A stretch of DNA of 64,000 nucleotides, from contig JANRLW010000038.1 of the NCBI GenBank assembly GCA_033762295.1, positions 1-64,000 on the forward strand, written 5' to 3'. This document shows positions 1-8,473 of the stretch, piece by piece; within the stretch, counting starts at the first letter, position 1, and every line of letters begins with the position of its first letter. The position numbers were made by a program, and so were the translations under genes. Below the pieces are notes generated by a model. It saw only the letters and a program-made list of their open reading frames with translations, was not told the origin of the DNA and searched no databases. Origin of the DNA: Capsulimonadales bacterium. GTDB lineage: Bacteria > Armatimonadota > Armatimonadia > Armatimonadales > Armatimonadaceae.

Positions 1-148
1 GTTCCAGGGCTTCGCGGATCGGGGCATCGCGAAGGTCGAGCGTGACGGGTTGGAGTTGTCGATCCTGCTGTGCGTAGACCGCCGTCGGGCAGGAAAGCGC
101 CGACAAACCGGCGACGGCAATGCAGGCCGCTGTTCCGAAATGTTTCAT
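1..148 (-). CDS. 5' part of a secreted protein with a secretin/TonB short N-terminal (STN)-like segment; runs off the window edge
   Basis: Read manually on the minus strand: GAGGAG RBS, then MKHFGTAACIAVAGLSALSCPTAVYAQQDRQLQPVTLDLRDAPIREALE. This is a signal peptide followed by an STN-like 'VTLDLRDAPIREAL'. Confidence 0.6.
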   Translation of the reverse strand, partial: MKHFGTAACIAVAGLSALSCPTAVYAQQDRQLQPVTLDLRDAPIREALE

Positions 149-334
149 TTTGCTCCTCATTATCGATGTCATTCGAGTGTTTCCTGCCGCGAAACGCGGG
201 TTGGAGACAGGTGTTCTTCAAGTCCGAAAATCGACATCGGAGAGACCTGTACCGGGATTTGGCAAAGTGCCTCTTTCAAAGAACAACCGAATGGGGTCAC
301 AAAGTTCGGGACAACGGATAAATTTTCGAAATTT

Positions 335-2722
335 TCAGGAATACAGGAGAAAGGGGGCGCGGCGACGGTTCCAGGATTCGACATCGGTCCGCCAGGAAGC
401 GATGATCCGCTCCGGGGCGGCTCCGGCAGCCAACGCGGCGGGAACGGCCACCGTTCCGACCATCGTTCGCATTCGGTCGAGCGTTTCGGCGCGGAATGTC
501 TCCGGAGCGACCCGAACCAGAGCGGCGGCGAGGTGGATTCCGAACGCGACCGGCCGGAAGTTTGTTCGATCCGCCAGGCCGATTTGTACGCCTCCGCAGA
601 GCGTTCCCTTGTGAACGCTGCCGGTCGGAACGAACCGGACGGGCGTGAAGGTCAAACCGGGCAGCCGCCGCGCGTTCAGTTCCTCCGCCAGCGCCAGCGG
701 ATCGATTGAGGGTGCGCCGAGAACTTCAAAGGGCGTATCGGTTCCTCGACCGACCGAAATCGGCAGCGTTTCCAGCATCCCGACGCCGGGATACAGGCGA
801 ACCTGACGGATATTCCGGATATTGGGCGAGGGGTTGATCCACGGCAGTTCGCACTGTTCGAACTCCGTTCCTCGCCGCCACCCTTCCGCCGGAACGATGT
901 CCAGGGCAACCGACAATCTCTTTTCGGCGACGAACATCCGCGCCAGTTCGCCCACCGTCATGCCATGCGTCACCGGCAGGGTGTGATAGGTGGTAAACCC
1001 TCCGACGAGACGCTCTTCGAGCAGCGGTCCTTCGACCGAATGCCCGCCCAGAGGATTCGGACGATCGAGAACCATCACGCGGATTCCGTGTTTCGCCGCC
1101 TCTTCCAGACAGTAACCGAGCGTCGCGATATAGGTATAGAATCGCGCCCCGATATCCTGAATATCGAACACCAGAGTATCGATTCCGGCGAGTTGTTCGG
1201 CGGTCGGTCGGTAGCGTTGTTCGCGGGGCAGTTCGAGGTTATACAGGGAATAGACCGGTACGCCGGTTTTCGTATCGACCGCATCCCGGTTCGATGCATC
1301 GACTTCGCCACGGATACCGTGTTCCGGCGCGAACAGAGCGACGATTTTTCCCCTTTCGCTCTCGTACAGTCGATCGACCAGATGCCGACCCAGTCGGTCG
1401 ACCGCCGTATGGTTACAGACGATCCCCAGACGCCGCCGCTCGAGTCGGCGGAACGATTCCGCTTCCAGCACCTCCAGGCCGGTCAGGACCGGTCGTCCCC
1501 CGCCCCGCTTCCCCGTCGATGGCGGTCCGAACGGCAGCGCGGAGACGATTCGAAGGTGAACCGTTCGCCGCAGACGGATCGCCTCTCCCCGGTTGTTCGG
1601 GGAATGAACGGCATTGGTCAACAGCAAAACGAAGGTTTTCGTGCGAGGGTCGATCCAGACCGACGTGCCGGTGAACCCGGTGTGCCCGTAGGAACCGGGC
1701 GGGAACCCGGTTCGGACCGAATACGGAGAATCGAGATCCCAGCCCGGCGAGCGCTGTCCGTCGGCCAGGTCCGTTTGCCGGGCGGTGAAGCGTCGCACCG
1801 TCTCCGGGCGCAGAATCCGGACCCCGCCGTACTCCCCGCCGTTCAGCATCATCTGGCAGAAACGCGCCAGGTCGTCGGCCGTCGAGAAGAGTCCGGCATT
1901 CCCGGAAACCCCACCGAGCGCCCGCGCGGTCGGGTCGTGGACAAGGCCACGGGTGTCCTCGTTTCCGGAGTGCGTGGCCGCGCATCGGGCGGCCACCGTG
2001 GCCACCGGACGGAACCCGGTCGCTCCCATTCCGAGAGGTTCGAAAATCCGTTCCCGACAGAAAACATCGAACGGCTTCCCGGAAACCGCTTCGACGATCG
2101 CCTGCAGGGCGATTGCGGAGTAATCGGAATAGAGGTACCGCTGTCCGGGCGGAGCGATCTGCCGGGAGCGGACGATGTTTTCGACCACTTCCGCCAGAGG
2201 GACGGTTTTCCCCGCATAAGCGCCGCCCGCCGGGACGCCCGCCGTATGCGTCAGCAGATGCCGGACGGTCGCTTTCGGGCGATCGCCTTCGGCGTTCGCG
2301 AACGGGGGCAGGTAGGTGGCCACCGGCTCGTCGAGGACGATCTTGCCCGATTCGGTCAGGATCGCGACCGCGGTCGCCGTCGCCACGACCTTGGTCAGGG
2401 AAGCCAGGTCGAACACCGTCTCCGGTGTCATGGAAACGACGGTCGGACGTAGGACCGCGCTGCCATACGCCTTGCGCAGGACCGTCGCCCCATCCCGCGC
2501 GACCAGGAGGACCGCGCCCGGAACTCCGGACCCGTGGACCGCCTCGGCGACCTCGCGGTCCGCCGCCGCCAGCGGGACGGGATCGAGTCCGACATCCTTC
2601 GGGTTACGGTGCGGCAACGGTCCGGGCGCGGGCAGGGCGAAAACCGGAGGAATCGGGGTCAGAGGGTCGAGCAGAGCGATGCCGAGGGTTCCAAGGGTGC
2701 CAAGGGCGTGGCGACGATTCAT
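335..2722 (-). CDS. Tat-exported fusion of a beta-lactamase-family serine hydrolase (AmiE-like) and a DUF1343 exo-beta-N-acetylmuramidase (NamZ-like)
   Basis: MNRRHAL twin-Arg signal; SxxK (ASLTK), YSD and GHTGFTG in the N-half; DUF1343 motifs LFAPEHG, FDIQDIGARFYTY, DRPNPLGG and PSPN in the C-half. Confidence 0.9.
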   Translation of the reverse strand: MNRRHALGTLGTLGIALLDPLTPIPPVFALPAPGPLPHRNPKDVGLDPVPLAAADREVAEAVHGSGVPGAVLLVARDGATVLRKAYGSAVLRPTVVSMTPETVFDLASLTKVVATATAVAILTESGKIVLDEPVATYLPPFANAEGDRPKATVRHLLTHTAGVPAGGAYAGKTVPLAEVVENIVRSRQIAPPGQRYLYSDYSAIALQAIVEAVSGKPFDVFCRERIFEPLGMGATGFRPVATVAARCAATHSGNEDTRGLVHDPTARALGGVSGNAGLFSTADDLARFCQMMLNGGEYGGVRILRPETVRRFTARQTDLADGQRSPGWDLDSPYSVRTGFPPGSYGHTGFTGTSVWIDPRTKTFVLLLTNAVHSPNNRGEAIRLRRTVHLRIVSALPFGPPSTGKRGGGRPVLTGLEVLEAESFRRLERRRLGIVCNHTAVDRLGRHLVDRLYESERGKIVALFAPEHGIRGEVDASNRDAVDTKTGVPVYSLYNLELPREQRYRPTAEQLAGIDTLVFDIQDIGARFYTYIATLGYCLEEAAKHGIRVMVLDRPNPLGGHSVEGPLLEERLVGGFTTYHTLPVTHGMTVGELARMFVAEKRLSVALDIVPAEGWRRGTEFEQCELPWINPSPNIRNIRQVRLYPGVGMLETLPISVGRGTDTPFEVLGAPSIDPLALAEELNARRLPGLTFTPVRFVPTGSVHKGTLCGGVQIGLADRTNFRPVAFGIHLAAALVRVAPETFRAETLDRMRTMVGTVAVPAALAAGAAPERIIASWRTDVESWNRRRAPFLLYS

Positions 2723-2843
2723 GTCCTATACTAACCGAAACCGGAGCGAAACGGCAAGCGGAGACGGTTTCGCCGTCCGCCGGACACCCTTTCCGGTTCC
2801 CCACCCCGTGTCTACGGAGCGGGGAACCGGCCGTGAAGGGGGC

Positions 2844-3341
2844 TTACTGCTGCGCCGCTTTCTGATTGACGTTGGTCTCGGCGATGCGGGAGAGCAGTTT
2901 GTCGGTATCCCCTTCCTCCTGCAACGTCTCATCGAGGAGGTTGGCCACCTGGGAGTTGCCCATTTGCAGGGCGAACGTCCGGGCGGTTCCGTAGGAGGCG
3001 ATTTCGTAATGCTCCACCTTCTGGGCGGCATCGATCAGCACGGCATCGAGCAACGGACCGGTTTCCGTTTCCTTGATATGCTCGTTAGCCTCGGCGATCA
3101 GGCCGCGCGTCGCCAGGCAGGTTTTTCGTTCGGCTTTCTGTCCGAGCAGTTGAAAGACCTGATCGAGCCGCTTGATCTGCCCCTCGGTTTGCCGGAGGTG
3201 CGTTTGGAACGCCTGTTTCAGTTGCGGGGAAGTCGCCGCCTTTTCCATCTTCGGCAGGGCTTCGGTGATCTGATGCTCCGCGTCATAGATATCGCGAAGT
3301 CCTTCCACCGCCAGTTCGTCGAACGTCTTCACCATTGTCAT
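2844..3341 (-). CDS. yciF: DUF892/YciF ferritin-like stress protein
   Basis: LRDIYDAEHQI, HLRQTEGQIKRL, QKVEHYEIASYG and TLQEE motifs. Confidence 0.9.
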   Translation of the reverse strand: MTMVKTFDELAVEGLRDIYDAEHQITEALPKMEKAATSPQLKQAFQTHLRQTEGQIKRLDQVFQLLGQKAERKTCLATRGLIAEANEHIKETETGPLLDAVLIDAAQKVEHYEIASYGTARTFALQMGNSQVANLLDETLQEEGDTDKLLSRIAETNVNQKAAQQ

Positions 3342-3573
3342 CGTAACCTTTCCGATCTTTGACCACGTTTCGGACCGTGGTCCTCCTCCATAGTTGAGGA
3401 AATCCCCGGTCGAGGTTCCCTGCGGATTTACGGGGACCGGTGCGGGCGGGCCGTAACTTCGATTGAAGGCGTGCGAACGAACATTGGTCGAAAGGGTCGC
3501 GGCCTGTTACAATGGGAGCGACGTTCCCGTTAAGGCGTTCGCCGACGTCCCCGCCTTCAGGAGAGATAATGCG

Positions 3574-4983
3574 ATGAAGTGCCACGAGTGTCAGACGGAA
3601 AACCCGGCGGAGAACAAATTCTGTCGGGAATGCGGAACGATGCTGGCTCCGGCGGACGCTCCCCCTTCCCGTGACGAGATGATGCGGCGGCAGGCCAAAG
3701 TGGCGGAACTGCTGTCGGACGCTCTCCGTCTGCGCGACAAGGGTCTCCGAAAGGAAGCGCTGGCGCTCGCCGAGGAGGCGTCGCGCCGGATGCCGGAATC
3801 GGTTCGCGCCCTGGGTCTGCTGACCTCCCTGTACGAACAGGAGGGCAATCTGCGCGAAGCCATTGCGGCGATGGAACGGATCGTCCTTCTGACGCCGGAT
3901 TCGGTCGCCGATCAGGAAAAACTGGCCGAGCTTCGGCGGCAGACGCTCCTGCCGACCCCGTTGCCGATCGCGCATGGTTCCCCATCCGCGTCTCCGGCTC
4001 GCGCCCTGCCCTCGTTCCTGCCGCTGGCGGTGGCGGGCGTGGTGGCGGGTGTGGTGTTCTTCTCCTTGCTGCCCCTGGTCAGCCGCAAAAAGACGGCCCC
4101 TTCCGTGCCCGTCGAACGGCAGACCGCGTTGGCGGTCGCCCCGCAGCCCGTCCAAACCCCCTTCTTCGATCCGGTGACCCCGTTGCAGCAACCGCTGCCG
4201 CCTCCCGTCAACCCGCCGGTCGATCCGTTTTCGCGCCAGCGACCGCCGGAGACTCCGGCCCCGGTCTCGATCGGAAGCGGGGTGAGCCAACTTCCGGAAC
4301 TGCCGTCGCTGCGGAACCGACCGCGCGTCGCCCGCCGCCCTTCACCGACCCCGGTTCCTTTCCGTTCGGTCGACCCCATGCCCGTCGCGCCGCCCGGAAC
4401 CGGCGAAAACGGCGCGTTGCCCGGCTTCGAAGGGGAACCGGCATCCGGTGAAACCTCCTCCGAGAACGGCGGTTTCGGGAATGGCGGACGCCTGACCGTC
4501 CGTCCGCCGTCGGAGGGCGCACGGGAATCGGCCATCTCCGCAGGACCGCCCGCCGAAAACGGCAGTCAGAGCTATATCTATATCAAAGTGCATCCGGCGC
4601 CGGTCAGCAGCGGTAAGGAGGAGCCGACTCCGACGCCGCCCGCGCCCCGGAACAACCAGGACGAACAATCCGGCGTTCCGGCCACGCCGACAGGCACGGA
4701 GGTCGGAATGAACCGCGACATGGAACGCGCCCGCTCGCTCCAGGGCGCGGGTCACTACCCCGAAGCCATACGGGCGTACCGCCACGCTCTCAGCAGCGGG
4801 GCGCGCGGCGATGCCTACCAGGGGATCGCGCAGTCCTATCAACGTATGGGGGATGAGGAGTCGGCGCGCGCCTCCTACCGGGAGGCAATCCGCGCCTACC
4901 AGCATGAGCGCCCGGCCCGCCCCCGGCTGGCTCAGCAGGGGATCGAAACCTGCGAAGCGGCTTTGACGCTTCTTGGAGGATAA
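3574..4983 (+). CDS. Bitopic membrane protein: zinc ribbon, TPR, TM helix, Pro-rich linker, C-terminal TPR
   Basis: MKCHECQTENPAENKFCRECG; TPR-like helices; hydrophobic LPLAVAGVVAGVVFFSLLPLV; GGAGAG upstream of ATG 3574. Confidence 0.8.
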   Translation: MKCHECQTENPAENKFCRECGTMLAPADAPPSRDEMMRRQAKVAELLSDALRLRDKGLRKEALALAEEASRRMPESVRALGLLTSLYEQEGNLREAIAAMERIVLLTPDSVADQEKLAELRRQTLLPTPLPIAHGSPSASPARALPSFLPLAVAGVVAGVVFFSLLPLVSRKKTAPSVPVERQTALAVAPQPVQTPFFDPVTPLQQPLPPPVNPPVDPFSRQRPPETPAPVSIGSGVSQLPELPSLRNRPRVARRPSPTPVPFRSVDPMPVAPPGTGENGALPGFEGEPASGETSSENGGFGNGGRLTVRPPSEGARESAISAGPPAENGSQSYIYIKVHPAPVSSGKEEPTPTPPAPRNNQDEQSGVPATPTGTEVGMNRDMERARSLQGAGHYPEAIRAYRHALSSGARGDAYQGIAQSYQRMGDEESARASYREAIRAYQHERPARPRLAQQGIETCEAALTLLGG

Positions 4984-4989
4984 ATACTC

Positions 4990-6603
4990 GTGCGGTTTGC
5001 TTCGATTCTGCTGCTAGGCGTTGCGTTGGTCGGAGTCCCGGTTCCGGGAAATGCGACGGACCGCTCTCTTGCGCCGTCCCCCTTCCCGGCGATCCCTCAG
5101 ACAGGCCGTCCGCTCGTCATCATCCTTCCCGGAGGTCAGGTGACCGGCAGCGGGGTCTCCTCCACCGATGAGGCCGACGGCGAAACCCTGTCCATGCGCG
5201 CGATGAAGGCCGCCGGTAAGGTACGCGATCTTTTGAACGAGGCACGGACGATGGAGGCGATTCTGTACTCGCCCGACATGCCGCTCTTCAAACGCGCCGC
5301 CCTGGAGGCGAAGCTGAAGGTCGAAAATCGGTATCGATTAACGGCGAGCGAGCAGACCGCTCTCGGCAAGGCGGCGGGCGCGATCTACGTGGCGGTCGTC
5401 AGTCTGCGTCGTGCGCCGGATGGCGGACCCGGTTACGAAATCGCTCTCGACGGCATCGATACGACCACCGGCAAATCGTACGGCGATGCCGCAAAGTACA
5501 ATGTCAGCCGGGCGGCGGCGATCGAGGTCAATGCGCTGAGCGGCGGAACCCGAACGGTTTCCGACAACGCCATCAGCAGCGCCGCCAACACGCTGGTCAC
5601 CCGCCTTTTGAACGGGCCGCTGGCCGCCTACGGACGGATGGCGCCGCCTCCCGTCCTGGTCGCGCCCAAAACCGATCCCGGCCCCGGGGTTTCCGCCGAC
5701 GCCGATACCGAGGCGGACACCATCCAGGTCACCTTGCAGGAGGCGTCCTCCATGCTGGCGGACGGCAATAACAACGGGGCCATCGTCCTTCTGCGACACA
5801 CGATCAACCAGTCGCCGTTGAATCTGAAACTGCGTCTTCTGCTGGCCCGTAGCTACGTCGCTTCCCGACGCAATACGGATGCCGCCACGGAAATCAAACG
5901 CTGCCTGATGCTGATTACGCCGAGCGAATCGGAACGCAAGGAAGCGATCGGCGTACTGGCCGAAGCGCTGCAGCAGAGCGGCAATATCGGCGCGGCGCGG
6001 GCGACCTACGAGGATATTCTCGCGGCCCACCCGGAGGCTGTCTGGGCCCATCTTGCCCTCGCCGACCTTCTCAAAAACGAGGCGCCCTCGGAATCGGAGA
6101 AACATTACCGTGCCGTGCTGTCTGCCGATCCGACCAGCGTCGAAGCCGCACGGGGACTCGCCCGACTACTGGCCACCCGCGGCAACTTTTCCGAGGCCGT
6201 CTCCGCCGTCGTACCGGCCGGGGAGACGCCCGTCAACCGACAGATGCGTTACACCACGGCCGCCGCGCTTTTCGACGAGTTTGCCGGGCGGGCGGTCGCA
6301 TCGCTGCGGAAAAACCGGACCGCCTGGGAAAACCGGGAGATGACCCGCGAGAACTTCTACAAGGCGACGGTGACCGAGGTGACTCAGGCGGGTGCTCTGA
6401 TCCGTCTGCTGAAGACCGCTCCGCCGCTCGATACCGATGCCGCGGCCAAAAAAGCGCACTCCCATCGCGTCCTCGCCGCCTCCCTGCTCAGTCAGGCGGC
6501 AATCGCCCTGCAGACCTTCCTCGAAAACGGGGACAAGGAGTCAGGAGCGCAATCCGCCCTCTGGCTGACCGAATGCGCCAGGGAACTCGCCGCCGTCCGT
6601 TAG
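4990..6603 (+). CDS. Secreted TPR-repeat protein
   Basis: N-terminal signal peptide and several TPR-like repeats (ARATYEDILAAHPEAVWAHLALA); starts 6 bp after the upstream gene. Confidence 0.8.
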   Translation: MRFASILLLGVALVGVPVPGNATDRSLAPSPFPAIPQTGRPLVIILPGGQVTGSGVSSTDEADGETLSMRAMKAAGKVRDLLNEARTMEAILYSPDMPLFKRAALEAKLKVENRYRLTASEQTALGKAAGAIYVAVVSLRRAPDGGPGYEIALDGIDTTTGKSYGDAAKYNVSRAAAIEVNALSGGTRTVSDNAISSAANTLVTRLLNGPLAAYGRMAPPPVLVAPKTDPGPGVSADADTEADTIQVTLQEASSMLADGNNNGAIVLLRHTINQSPLNLKLRLLLARSYVASRRNTDAATEIKRCLMLITPSESERKEAIGVLAEALQQSGNIGAARATYEDILAAHPEAVWAHLALADLLKNEAPSESEKHYRAVLSADPTSVEAARGLARLLATRGNFSEAVSAVVPAGETPVNRQMRYTTAAALFDEFAGRAVASLRKNRTAWENREMTRENFYKATVTEVTQAGALIRLLKTAPPLDTDAAAKKAHSHRVLAASLLSQAAIALQTFLENGDKESGAQSALWLTECARELAAVR

Positions 6604-6624
6604 CGGCGAGTTCCCCCCGGCCCC

Positions 6625-7527
6625 CTACTTTCCGAACCCGCGAACGAATCCGATACACTGGGCGATCTCCGGAACCGAGGATTCCCAGTTGTGCTCGTAC
6701 TCGACCGAGATCGGTCCCTCGAACTTCTGACGACGAAACTCGGTCAGAATCGCCCGAATATCGGAGACGCCGGTTCCGTAGGGGACGTCGTGGGCACCCG
6801 GCGCGAACTCATTCAGGTCCTTGAGGTGGCTGGCGACGATCCGTCCCTCCAGAATCCGCAGAGCGTCCAGCGGCTTGATCCCCGAGCGGACGAAATGTCC
6901 CATGTCGGCGCAGGCCCCGATCCGTCGGTCCCGGTTCTTCACCAGCGAAAGAATGAAGTTCGGGTCCCAGTGTCGGTAGCCGGGGTTATTTTGCTGGCGC
7001 GGGTGGTTGTGGATACCGACCTTGATATCGTACTCCTTCACCAGTTTCTCCACCGTCTCCATCGCGTCGGCATCGCACTCGGTATTGATGACGCCGATTC
7101 CCATCTTTTTCGCGAACTCGAAGACCGCGCGTGTCTGTTTCTCGTCCTTGCTCAGTCCGGTGACGCCGAACGCGACCGGCTTGATTCCGTATTTGGTCAG
7201 GTGGGCTTTGACGGCATCCAGCACGTCGTCCGGTGTCTCCGGACCCAGACGAACCTCCCGCCGTTCCGGGCTGAACGCCTGACCGGGGAAGAACTCGATC
7301 GTTTTTCCGCCCGCCTGCGCCGTCTTTTCGATCGCCTCAAGGACCGTATATCGATGGAAGCACCAGGCCTGACATCCGAGCAGAAACCCGCCGGTACGGA
7401 CATCGGGGGCGGACTGCGTCCGCCGCACGGGGGTCTCCGGTCGGGCGACGGACGGCATCGCCGACATCGCCGACATCGCTCCGAGAACGCACAGGGCTAT
7501 GGTCAGCCCACTACGAACGTTTTGCAT
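6625..7527 (-). CDS. Secreted sugar-phosphate isomerase/epimerase (xylose-isomerase-like TIM barrel)
   Basis: GIHNH, CADMGH, HLKD and SVEYE motifs; signal peptide. Confidence 0.85.
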   Translation of the reverse strand: MQNVRSGLTIALCVLGAMSAMSAMPSVARPETPVRRTQSAPDVRTGGFLLGCQAWCFHRYTVLEAIEKTAQAGGKTIEFFPGQAFSPERREVRLGPETPDDVLDAVKAHLTKYGIKPVAFGVTGLSKDEKQTRAVFEFAKKMGIGVINTECDADAMETVEKLVKEYDIKVGIHNHPRQQNNPGYRHWDPNFILSLVKNRDRRIGACADMGHFVRSGIKPLDALRILEGRIVASHLKDLNEFAPGAHDVPYGTGVSDIRAILTEFRRQKFEGPISVEYEHNWESSVPEIAQCIGFVRGFGK

Positions 7528-7536
7528 TCCTCGCTC

Positions 7537-8388
7537 CTATGCCACCGGATTGGTCAGCGTTCCCACCCCGGCGATCGTAATATGCACCATGTCTCCGCTG
7601 GTCAGCGTGAACGTATCGGGCGGCACCAGTCCGGTCCCGGTCATCAGCAGTGCGCCGTGCGGAAACGACGTCTCCCGAAACAGATACTCGGCCAGTTCCT
7701 CGGGCGACCGTTTCATACGCGCGGTCGTCGTTTCCTCCGAGAAGACGACCGCCCCGGCGCGAACGATCTCCAGTCCGATCGTCCGGTTCCGCAGGTCGTC
7801 CGTCGGACCGACCGGAACGACGGCCGGTCCCAGAGCGCATGCGCCATCATAGCACTTCGCCTGCGGCAGGTACAGCGGGTTCTCTCCCTCGATCGATCGG
7901 GAGGAAACATCGTTTCCGATCGTGATGCCGACGATGCGCCCGCCGGAGGACAGAACCAGCGTCAATTCGGGTTCCGGGACGTTCCAAACGGAGTCCTTGC
8001 GAACGCGGACCTGCTGACCGGGGCCGACGACCCGCCATCCGACCGCTTTGAGGAAGAGTTCGGGCCGATCCGCGATATAGACCCGATCATAGAAGTCCCC
8101 ACCGCCCTCGCTCTCCTCCATTCGCGCGACTTTCGACCGCTCGTAGGTGACGCCCGCCGCCCAGACCTCCTGCAGGTCGACCGGCGGCAGAAGGAGGCAA
8201 TCGTCGGGAACGGGTTCCAGGGCGCGATCCGCCGCCCGGCGCAGGTCATCGACCGGGTCCTTGCGGGCGAGCCAGGCGGCGAGCGTACCGAAAACCTCGG
8301 GAGCAAGGCCGGTCAGATCGAATCGTCCGTCCTCGGTCTCGACCCCGAGTCGGGGTCCGTCCGCGTCATAGCGAAAGAGTTTAATCAT
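7537..8388 (-). CDS. Fumarylacetoacetate hydrolase family protein (2-keto-3-deoxy-pentonate dehydratase-like)
   Basis: WAAGVTYERS, RPELFLK, PEPEL, GNDVSSRSIEGENPLYLPQAK and MTGTG. Start moved to ATG 8388. Confidence 0.88.
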   Translation of the reverse strand: MIKLFRYDADGPRLGVETEDGRFDLTGLAPEVFGTLAAWLARKDPVDDLRRAADRALEPVPDDCLLLPPVDLQEVWAAGVTYERSKVARMEESEGGGDFYDRVYIADRPELFLKAVGWRVVGPGQQVRVRKDSVWNVPEPELTLVLSSGGRIVGITIGNDVSSRSIEGENPLYLPQAKCYDGACALGPAVVPVGPTDDLRNRTIGLEIVRAGAVVFSEETTTARMKRSPEELAEYLFRETSFPHGALLMTGTGLVPPDTFTLTSGDMVHITIAGVGTLTNPVA

Positions 8389-8473
8389 GCTTAGAGGATA
8401 GCACAAACTGCCGCCGGGCGAAAGGGCTTCGAAGCGGGAGGAAAACGGACGTCGGATCGAGAAATCCAGCGTT

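Noticed and set aside
965..2452. Long antisense ORFs (also 6691-8394, 28726-31344, 51393-52838, 55640-57373, 57546-59183, 59400-61079)
   Set aside because: Shadow frames of well-supported genes in high-GC DNA; no motifs.
3338..3391. 17-codon uORF whose TGA overlaps the yciF ATG
   Set aside because: Short, no SD, unremarkable sequence; could be chance.
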